Assembly (NCBI GenBank): GCA_041844915.1
Contig: JBGZBY010000087.1
Span: forward strand, 25,530 to 89,529
DNA length: 64,000 nucleotides
Direction: 5' to 3'
From: Eubacteriales bacterium
GTDB taxonomy: Bacteria; Bacillota; Clostridia; Lachnospirales; Vallitaleaceae
Shown here: positions 57,401 through 64,000 of the stretch, piece by piece
Numbering within the stretch: position 1 is the first letter of the stretch
How the letters are laid out: every line of letters starts with the position of its first letter
Notes under the pieces: generated by a model
What the model saw: the letters and a program-made list of their open reading frames with translations, nothing else
The model's database searches: none
Told to the model about the DNA's origin: nothing
Translations under genes and position numbers: made by a program

Positions 57401-57578
57401 TTCGCTGGATTCGGCGATAGACTGTATTATGGATTTACAGACCAAAGGAAAAATAACAGGCATTATTTCGCATGTGGCGGAGCTGAAGGAGCGGATTCCG
57501 GCAAAGCTTGAGGTTGTGCAGACGCCCCGAGGAAGCCGCACGGAATATCGGGTCGGAACAGCTGTAGAAAGCAGATAG
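54450..57578 (+). CDS. sbcC: Exonuclease SbcCD subunit C (Rad50-like ATPase)
   Basis: GPTGAGKT, LPQGEF, coiled coil with CPVC zinc hook, LSGGE and FIDEGFGTLD motifs. Confidence 0.95.
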   Translation: MKPIRLEMTAFGPFAGKEVIDFQEMEREPVFLICGPTGAGKTMIFDAVSYALFGEASGEERRPEELRSDFAEEDILTEVELIFEVRGQGYRIRRQPRQIRRKKAGEGVTETAAKAELSYTDANGQIWAFTRLAEINEKIKEILGLGADQFKQIMMLPQGEFRKLLTADSKEREAILRELFDAKRYLALQLGLKQTSDQLEKEIREGRSIQKQWILQLQADSEEAAELSELLSKEEIDRQELFAAVERQKAADLLRAEERKENIEKLSERIDQKKELLFRMQRENESLLELLQVRAKLEGLEARAGEIKGQEAAIEQIQRAILLKPYAENYEKLCKQAGQAEEELKQKQKQHQAAEKEKAEQEDNYQSLKSPERQAELAEKEKSLQALKQQLPLLYSLIERKKGYGRLKREAEEKDRELKALLIRKTQLQDREKQLRQILQETEQCEAAQAIMDQKLKRLLKIHEIWQKEQHCRKEQLENAKIEQGLQKLMEEAEERCQKALQCIQEDHVWALRRSLKDGEHCPVCLGVYHTLATEKERLPEAVNLEEAERLREKLGREKEAASLRTAELNARRQAFVEQLLEETQTESMAEVERFLAKAEAEREADERLAEEYEKQLLRRKQAQQEQMQLERTSEQLWRQEQELTAECGKKQAELNEAAGEGKALKERLLPEYREQANPDAAERLAAVMAELEAEKNVWQEKLEAGERAYRQSLILYAQTETAKVESEKRSRELMQQQKQAEKEFQEKRRILGFETEQDWRYYSEKEGQKEKLTGEIKAYYEEWLKNVNLEKHLQQEVAIREPHKTEQTEQEEKLLQEERAAESEKRVLLLRQIAENDRIVRELRKMESRLQAQREKYAEIAGLAKAANGDNAKKLTFERYVLAVFLEDVLSAANQRLAKMTGRYTLKRKEEVTHRGRQSGLEIEVFDAFTGKTRNVNTLSGGEGFKAALAMALGLSEVISVYAGGIELDMLFIDEGFGTLDPDSLDSAIDCIMDLQTKGKITGIISHVAELKERIPAKLEVVQTPRGSRTEYRVGTAVESR

Positions 57579-57589
57579 AAAGGGAAAAA

Positions 57590-58408
57590 ATGAAGGATAA
57601 AAAAACGAAAATGGCAGTATTTGATTTGGACGGAACCTTGCTGAATGACCATCGGGCAATTTCTTCCTCCAATGCCGCCGCACTCAGAGAGCTGGACGAG
57701 AACGGCTATGAGGTGGTTTTGGCATCAGGGCGGCCGGAAATATTGATGCGAGTCTATTATCTGGGGCTTCCCTTTATTCGATATGTTATTTCCTCCAATG
57801 GCGGGCTTATCCGAGATGTTCGCACAGAAGAAAAGATATATCAGCAGCCGATTGAACCGCAGGCAATTCAAAGACTGGTAGAGATTTGCGACAGGACGGG
57901 AGCGGAGTGCGATCTGTATTCTTATGATGGAATGAGTGGTATTCCGACCGGAGAAATTGACAGGGAGCTGACCGACGAGATCGTATTTGATTTTAAAAAC
58001 CATATTTTGAAGAATCGGCAGATGGGGCAATTTCCATGTGAAAAAATCTTTATCACCCAAAAGGATCCGGAAAAGCTGAAGGCTCTGCGGCAGGAAATCG
58101 CTGAAAAAGTGCCGGAGGCGGAAATCAGTCAATCCTCCTTTCAGGCCCTGGATATTATGTCCAAGGGGATCAACAAAGGAACAGCGGTAAAATGGCTGGC
58201 GGAAAGGCTGGAGATTAAGCCGCAGGAAATCGCTGCTTTTGGAGATCATATCAATGATATCGAAATGCTGGAATATGCGGGAACTTCTATTGTATGCAGC
58301 AACGCAGTAGAGGAGGTAAAGCAAAGGGTTCGTTTTGTCCTGCCTGAATCCAATCATCAAAGTGGGATTGCAGCAGGAATTATGCGTTATCTTCTGCGGC
58401 GGGAATAG
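57590..58408 (+). CDS. Cof-type HAD-IIB hydrolase
   Basis: FDLDGTLL, ASGR, SNGG, NKG and FGDHIND motifs. Confidence 0.93.
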   Translation: MKDKKTKMAVFDLDGTLLNDHRAISSSNAAALRELDENGYEVVLASGRPEILMRVYYLGLPFIRYVISSNGGLIRDVRTEEKIYQQPIEPQAIQRLVEICDRTGAECDLYSYDGMSGIPTGEIDRELTDEIVFDFKNHILKNRQMGQFPCEKIFITQKDPEKLKALRQEIAEKVPEAEISQSSFQALDIMSKGINKGTAVKWLAERLEIKPQEIAAFGDHINDIEMLEYAGTSIVCSNAVEEVKQRVRFVLPESNHQSGIAAGIMRYLLRRE

Positions 58409-58532
58409 TGTTAAAAAGCAGACAAAACTTCTGCCTTTGCCGGAGCGCAAGGAAAGCGGCAAGGAGCCGGTAAGGGCAGCCAAAGCGGCGAAAAAAGGGG
58501 GAAAACAACGTCTTTTTGTAGAAAAATATCTT

Positions 58533-58561
58533 TTGACCCGGCACTCATAATATGATATACT
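58533..58561 (+). promoter_or_regulatory. Sigma-A promoter of ptsI
   Basis: TTGACC-17 bp-TATACT with extended -10 TG. Confidence 0.7.
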
Positions 58562-58615
58562 AAACTATGATTCGGGTAGTATTTTTGGATTCAGCGCAAG
58601 AAGGAGGAAGCAATC

Positions 58616-60328
58616 ATGACGATAAAAGGAATCGGTGCCAGCGACGGTTATTCGATTGCTAGGGCATATAAATTTTCCCAAGCCGAGGCGGTAGTGACCA
58701 GACAGGCAATAGCAGATGCGGATATGGAGATCAAAAAATTTGAAGAAGCCATTGAAGCAAGCCGGTTGCAGCTGACAGAGATCATGGAAAAGACCAAAAT
58801 CAACTTGGATGAGGAGCATGCCGCCATATTTGACGCGCATATTCAAATTTTGACCGATCCGGAGCTGACGGGCGGGTCGATCGCTATGATTCGTGCGGAA
58901 AGCGTGAATGCCGATTTTGCCTTTCAGGAGGTGGCAAATACTTTTATCAGCATGTTTGAAGCGATGGAGGATGATTATTTTAGAGAAAGAGCCGCGGATA
59001 TGAAGGATGTTTCCAAGCGGGTGATTTGTAATCTCCAAGGGATACCGATGCAAGATCCGACTCAGATCAAGGAGGAAGTAATTGTTGTTGCTAAGGATTT
59101 GACGCCGAGCGATACGGCGCTTTTGGATAAGCGATTTGTAAAGGGCTTTGTAACAGATATCGGAGGAAGGACCAGCCATAGCGCAATCATGGCCAGAACT
59201 TTGGAAATTCCGGCGGTGGTCGGTACGCAAAACGGCTATGAAGCAATCCGAGATGGGGAGCTACTGATTTTGGATGGTATTTGCGGTACGGTTTTTACCG
59301 AAGCAGCAGAGGAGGCTTTGGAGGAGTACCGGCAGAAGCAAAAAAGCTGGCTGGAACAAAAGGAAATGTTGAAGGTTTATAAGGATAAAAGGACGCTGAC
59401 CGCAGACGGACATCATGTTGAGTTGGCAGCTAATATCGGTTCGCCGGAGGACGCCGTTTCCGCGCTGGATAACGGAGCAGAGGCGGTCGGACTTTATCGG
59501 ACAGAATTTTTGTACATGGGTAATACGCATTTTCCGACAGAGGAAGAACAGCTGGAAGCATACCGAGCTGTATTGGAAAAGATGGGCGAAAGGCCGGTGG
59601 TGGTCAGAACGCTGGATATTGGCGGGGATAAGGAGCTAAGCTATTATAATCTGCCCAAGGAAACCAATCCTTTTCTGGGAAATCGGGCGGTGCGGCTTTG
59701 CCTGAGCGAGCCGGATATTTTTAAAACACAGCTGAGAGCTTTGCTGCGGGCTTCGGCTTATGGCAATTTAAAAATTATGTTTCCGATGATCGCTACCTTA
59801 GATGAATTTCGAGCGGCGAAGGCTATTCTTTTGCAGGTCAAGGAGGAACTGGAACAGGAAGGCAAGGCGGTCGGCAGCTTTGAGCTGGGAATTATGATTG
59901 AGATACCGGCGGCGGCAGTACTGGCAAGAGCCTTTGCCAAAGAGGTCGATTTCTTCTCAATAGGAACCAATGATTTGATTCAGTACAGCTTTGCAGCAGA
60001 TCGTATGAATGAGAAGGTTTCCTATTTATATCAGCCCTATCATCCGGCGCTTTTGCATTTGATTAAAGGAGTAATTGAGGCTTCGCATGCCGAAGGGAAG
60101 TGGACAGGCATGTGCGGAGAAATGGCGGGTGAGCTTATGGCGGCGCCGCTGCTTTTGGGCTTGGGGCTGGATGAATTTAGCATGAGCGCTTCCTCGATTT
60201 TAAAGCTTCGTCATCTGATGTCGGGTGTGACCAAGCGGCAATGTAAGGAGCTGGCGGAAGCAGCCTTGCTTTGCGGAACAGAAAAGGAAGTAGTGGAGCT
60301 GGTTAGCGACTTTATGGCGCGGCAATAA
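58616..60328 (+). CDS. ptsI: PTS enzyme I
   Basis: GGRTSHSAIMAR phospho-His site, GLYRTEF, RTLDIGGDK, SIGTNDL and GMCGEMAG motifs. Confidence 0.96.
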   Translation: MTIKGIGASDGYSIARAYKFSQAEAVVTRQAIADADMEIKKFEEAIEASRLQLTEIMEKTKINLDEEHAAIFDAHIQILTDPELTGGSIAMIRAESVNADFAFQEVANTFISMFEAMEDDYFRERAADMKDVSKRVICNLQGIPMQDPTQIKEEVIVVAKDLTPSDTALLDKRFVKGFVTDIGGRTSHSAIMARTLEIPAVVGTQNGYEAIRDGELLILDGICGTVFTEAAEEALEEYRQKQKSWLEQKEMLKVYKDKRTLTADGHHVELAANIGSPEDAVSALDNGAEAVGLYRTEFLYMGNTHFPTEEEQLEAYRAVLEKMGERPVVVRTLDIGGDKELSYYNLPKETNPFLGNRAVRLCLSEPDIFKTQLRALLRASAYGNLKIMFPMIATLDEFRAAKAILLQVKEELEQEGKAVGSFELGIMIEIPAAAVLARAFAKEVDFFSIGTNDLIQYSFAADRMNEKVSYLYQPYHPALLHLIKGVIEASHAEGKWTGMCGEMAGELMAAPLLLGLGLDEFSMSASSILKLRHLMSGVTKRQCKELAEAALLCGTEKEVVELVSDFMARQ

Positions 60329-60450
60329 TTATTTGAGAATTTTTGAGGCGTCGAAGGCTTTCCCGACGGAGGTCTTATGCGGGAAAACGATTAAAACGGG
60401 GAAAAGCGTGTTATCACGTTATAAACTAGATGATAAAAAAGGAGAACAAA

Positions 60451-60711
60451 ATGGCATCACAAACAGTTGTAGTAAAAAATAAAACGGGTCTGCATGCCCG
60501 TCCGGCAGCTTTGTTTTCAAAGCTGGCAAATACTTGCCCCTGCGAGGTTTCAATAGAAAAGGACGGCAAGAAGATCAATGCAAAATCTATTTTGGGCGTA
60601 TTGTCACTGGCGATTGTGACCGACAGCGAGATTACCATTATTACTGAGGGAGAAAACGAAGAAGAAAGCTTAGCTAAGCTGGTTGATTTTATTAACAATT
60701 TGGACGAATAG
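60451..60711 (+). CDS. ptsH: Phosphocarrier protein HPr
   Basis: GLHARPA (His15) and NAKSILG (Ser46); SD AAGGAG. Confidence 0.93.
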   Translation: MASQTVVVKNKTGLHARPAALFSKLANTCPCEVSIEKDGKKINAKSILGVLSLAIVTDSEITIITEGENEEESLAKLVDFINNLDE

Positions 60712-61101
60712 CAGCATGATGCTCTGGCGTTTTTTATGCCGAACGTAATAGTTAAAGCCTAGAATGGTTAAGAGGCTTATTTCCTGTAAAAGAGATGCGG
60801 TGATATACTGCAATATATGGACAGGGGCATATTTCGGCATACGGAATAAGCCGAGGAGGCTATAGAAAAGCTGGAGCATTTCTGCGGTTTTGCGCCATTT
60901 CTTTATTCAAAGCTTGTTTTTTGGAATTTTGCGTTCCAAAGTCAAGAGCTTTTGGCGAAGATTTGAAAAACATCGCCTGAGAATAAAAGGAATGGCGTTT
61001 TACTTGCTGCAAAAAAGAGCTGAGAAAGCTTAGCTTACAAATGAAAGGAAAAGCCAAGGGGGCTTTTGCTCTTGCTTTAAGACTTTGGGAAAGGGAAGAA
61101 T

Positions 61102-61644
61102 ATGATAAAGGAACTGCTTCAGCTTTTTTGGACATTTTTGAAGATCGGAGCATTTACATTTGGCGGAGGCTACGCTATGTTGCCGATGTTGCAAAGGGAG
61201 CTGATAGAAAAAAGAAAATGGTCAACCGAGGAAGAATTGGTCAATTACTATGCCATTGGTCAGACCACGCCGGGAATTATTGCCGTCAATACGGCGACCT
61301 TTGTTGGCTATAGCCGGCAAGGTGTTCTGGGAGCGGTGATTGCCACGCTGGGTTTGGTTTTGCCGGGAGTAGTGATTATTATATTGTTGGCTAGGCTGAT
61401 TACTGGCTTTTCCGAGCTTGCGCCGATACGCCATGCCATGGCGGGAATAAAGGCAGCGGTGACGGTTTTGATTTTAGACGCACTGCTTCGGCTCAGGAAA
61501 AGCGCTTTGCCGGATGCGCCTTCAAAAATTATTTTTTTATTAGTATTGGCGGCAGCCTTGCTTTTTCCCAAGCTTTCGCCGGCGATTTTGGTGCTGACAG
61601 CGGCAGTTGCTGGAATGGCCATTGCTTTCCGAAAAAGGAGGTAA
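61102..61644 (+). CDS. Short-chain chromate transporter (CHR family), first subunit
   Basis: FLKIGAFTFGGGY and GQTTPG motifs. Confidence 0.9.
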   Translation: MIKELLQLFWTFLKIGAFTFGGGYAMLPMLQRELIEKRKWSTEEELVNYYAIGQTTPGIIAVNTATFVGYSRQGVLGAVIATLGLVLPGVVIIILLARLITGFSELAPIRHAMAGIKAAVTVLILDALLRLRKSALPDAPSKIIFLLVLAAALLFPKLSPAILVLTAAVAGMAIAFRKRR

Positions 61645-61647
61645 ATC

Positions 61648-62226
61648 ATGCTCTACTGGCAATTGTTTTACGAATTTTTTAAGACGGGCTTGTTTGCGGT
61701 TGGAGGCGGGCTGGCAACCTTGCCTTTTTTATATGATATGTCGCTTCGCACTAGTTGGTTTACGCCGGAGGATATTTCCAATATGATTGCTGTATCGCAG
61801 TCTACGCCAGGGCCCTTGGGCATTAATATGGCGGCCTATACCGGATATATTACCGGCGGCGTGCTCGGCTCGGCCGTAGCGGTCAGTGGATTGGTAATGC
61901 CTTCTCTGCTTATTATTATTTTGATTGCTCGAATCCTGACGAAAATGAAAGCAAATCCGTGGCTGGAGGCAGCCTTTTATGGACTTAGACCGGCATCGCT
62001 GGCTTTGATTGCCGCTGCTTGGATTAATGTGCTGAATATTACCTACCGGCCGCTTGGACTTTTGGATCTGCTGGGCTGGGGAAAAGCAGCCGAGGCGGCT
62101 GCACCTTTCTTTTGGCAGGGGCTGTTACTGGCGGCTGCGCTGTTTATAGGCTTGAAAAAATGGAAGCTGCATCCGATTTTGATTATTGTGCTGGCGGCTG
62201 CGGCGGGAATTCTCTTTCGCCTGTAA
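61648..62226 (+). CDS. Short-chain chromate transporter (CHR family), second subunit
   Basis: FFKTGLFAVGGG and SQSTPGP motifs. Confidence 0.9.
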   Translation: MLYWQLFYEFFKTGLFAVGGGLATLPFLYDMSLRTSWFTPEDISNMIAVSQSTPGPLGINMAAYTGYITGGVLGSAVAVSGLVMPSLLIIILIARILTKMKANPWLEAAFYGLRPASLALIAAAWINVLNITYRPLGLLDLLGWGKAAEAAAPFFWQGLLLAAALFIGLKKWKLHPILIIVLAAAAGILFRL

Positions 62227-62349
62227 ATAGTATAAAAATTATCGAAAATTTAGAAAAATACTCTATTTTTTTAAGGAAATGCCGATGTAAAAAATAAGCG
62301 GCAGTTGTTCGGTTTGCTGGAAAAAATGCATAAATCTACCGGAGAAATT

Positions 62350-63453
62350 ATGAAGGATGTTATAACGATACTTGAACTGATTGCTTTTTTATTGCAGGCG
62401 GTATCTGCGCTGGGGTATCAGCAGGAGGATATTACAGTACATCGCTATCGCCAGAAAATTTATTTGTTGGAGGCGGATATTCAAAGGGGAGCGGAGCTAA
62501 AAGGTGCATTGGCGCAGGATTCGGTTTTTGGCTTTGAAACGATTGGTGCGCTGGCGCGGCGAAACAAGGCGGTTGCAGCGGCAAATGGCATGTTTTTTGA
62601 TGATCTGGGCAGTCCGGCAGGGCTTTTATGTGAAGGGGGCAGGTGGATTCGGATCAGCAGTATCGGAACGCCTTGCCTGGTTATAGATGATCAGACGCCT
62701 TCTATTCAGGAATTGCAGGTAAAGGCCTTTTGGCAGGCGGGAGAGGAAGGAGAAGCCGTCCATGCCTTCAATATTGGGGCTTTTCATGGCTTGAGCAATG
62801 TGTTTACCTCAGACTACGGCAGAACCAATCGAGTATTTCGACCACAGGTAACGTACCGGATTGTACAAAATAGGGTGGCCGATCGCTATATCACCGATAT
62901 GCCGGTAGACACCGGCGACGGTTTTTTGCTTACCTTTTTGCTGCCGGAGGACAGCCGGACGGAAGAACTGGATTGGCAGGAGCTGCCGTCTTATATTCCC
63001 ATTTTTTTGCCGGGACGCGAGCTGACTCTTTCCTTTCAGGTAAGCGATTCCATGGGAAGGGAAATTTTTCCCGAAAATGTATATCAGACCGGCGGCTGGC
63101 TGGTCAAAGAAGGGGTCGCTGCGGCGAAGGAACAAGAAGAGTTTATTGGCTACACTACATCGCTTCAACCCAGAACAGCGGTGGGCGTCAGCGAGAAGGG
63201 GAAGCTTTTGCTGATCGTTGCCGATGGCAGGCAAAAAGGGGTGGCTGAGGGATTAACCGGCAAATGGCTGGCGGAGGTGATGCAGAAGTATGGAGCTGTG
63301 GAAGCGGCGTATTTGGACGGAGGAGCGTCGACGATGCTGTGGCTGGGAAATGGCTTAATCAATTGTCCAGCGTATTCGGATGCTCTAAATGGCAAGGAAA
63401 TCGCTCATGCCCTTTTGTTTAGCAGAAAAAGGTACCAGAAAAACGGAGAATAA
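62350..63453 (+). CDS. Phosphodiester glycosidase (NAGPA/DUF2233) family protein
   Basis: AANGMFF, PRTAVG, VADGRQ and LDGGAST motifs. Confidence 0.85.
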   Translation: MKDVITILELIAFLLQAVSALGYQQEDITVHRYRQKIYLLEADIQRGAELKGALAQDSVFGFETIGALARRNKAVAAANGMFFDDLGSPAGLLCEGGRWIRISSIGTPCLVIDDQTPSIQELQVKAFWQAGEEGEAVHAFNIGAFHGLSNVFTSDYGRTNRVFRPQVTYRIVQNRVADRYITDMPVDTGDGFLLTFLLPEDSRTEELDWQELPSYIPIFLPGRELTLSFQVSDSMGREIFPENVYQTGGWLVKEGVAAAKEQEEFIGYTTSLQPRTAVGVSEKGKLLLIVADGRQKGVAEGLTGKWLAEVMQKYGAVEAAYLDGGASTMLWLGNGLINCPAYSDALNGKEIAHALLFSRKRYQKNGE

Positions 63454-63478
63454 AATCTGAGATTTGAGGAGAAGCAAT

Positions 63479-64000
63479 ATGGAACAGATCATGGGATTGA
63501 TTTCAAAGGCAAGCGTTATTTTGGCATTTGTCTTTATTTCTACGTTAATTGGTGAAAATTTTGACTACAAGAAAAGAAAATGGGATTGTAGTCAGATTTT
63601 GCAGGGAGTTATCTTTTGTGCTTTTATTTTTATTGATATTCGAACACCCTATATCAGTAGCAATGATATCAGTTATGATGCTCGCGAGGTGCTGCTCAAT
63701 TTAGCGGCGGCAGTATACGGGCCGATTGCGGCGACGATAACGGCAGGGTTTACTTTCGTCATTCGTTGGATGAGAGGAACGAAGGGAACAGAGATTGCTT
63801 TGGCCGGCATTGCTTTGGTATATTTTTTAGAAATGTTTTTTATTTACTGGCTGCATGCCAAAAATCAGGCGTTTAATTCGGCTCGTCTTTTTTTGATGTC
63901 CCTTCTCACCAACCTGCTCAGTGCGCTCACTGTTGTTCTGATGTCCGGCAGTGAATGGCAATATGCCCTGATGCCGGGACTTACTTTTATTGCGGCTTAT
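63479..64000 (+). CDS. 5TM-5TMR_LYT (LytS/YhcK-type) membrane sensor protein; 3' end lies outside the window
   Basis: SD GAGGAG; frame open to the window end; TM helices with D-x-R...YGP motif (YDAREVLLNLAAAVYGP). Confidence 0.75.
   Translation, partial: MEQIMGLISKASVILAFVFISTLIGENFDYKKRKWDCSQILQGVIFCAFIFIDIRTPYISSNDISYDAREVLLNLAAAVYGPIAATITAGFTFVIRWMRGTKGTEIALAGIALVYFLEMFFIYWLHAKNQAFNSARLFLMSLLTNLLSALTVVLMSGSEWQYALMPGLTFIAAY

Noticed and set aside
54505-58483. Long antisense and alternate-frame ORFs over sbcC and the Cof hydrolase gene
   Set aside because: Shadow ORFs produced by the codon bias of the real genes

Overview
Chromosomal window from a low-to-mid GC Firmicute, most likely Clostridia (SLH-domain proteins, large Bacillus-type SRP RNA, sigma-A promoters). 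Most genes are on the + strand. It carries a sugar ABC transporter, an ABC-F ATPase, LacX, an SLH 5'-nucleotidase with a YibE/F gene, M18 peptidase, DegV, PcrA, a 1869-aa SLH subtilase, a TPP-riboswitch thiamine-precursor transporter, ArgRS, the lower mevalonate pathway, PepF, SRP RNA-dnaX, a MurNAc utilisation cluster, tRNA-Val, SbcCD, PtsI/HPr and a short-chain chromate transporter pair. The most unusual feature is a ~1.5 kb island at 31.3-32.9 kb. There, small acidic orphan genes alternate with non-coding hairpin modules, each bounded by the same 12-bp inverted motifs, which looks like a cassette array with no recombinase in the window. Other oddities are a hairpin between the SD and start codon of argS, a frameshifted CBS-ACT gene, a probable IS200-like left-end remnant, a duplicated 111-bp palindromic repeat and a Prli42/DUF4044-like microprotein. 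All product calls come from motif recognition by eye; no database searches were run.
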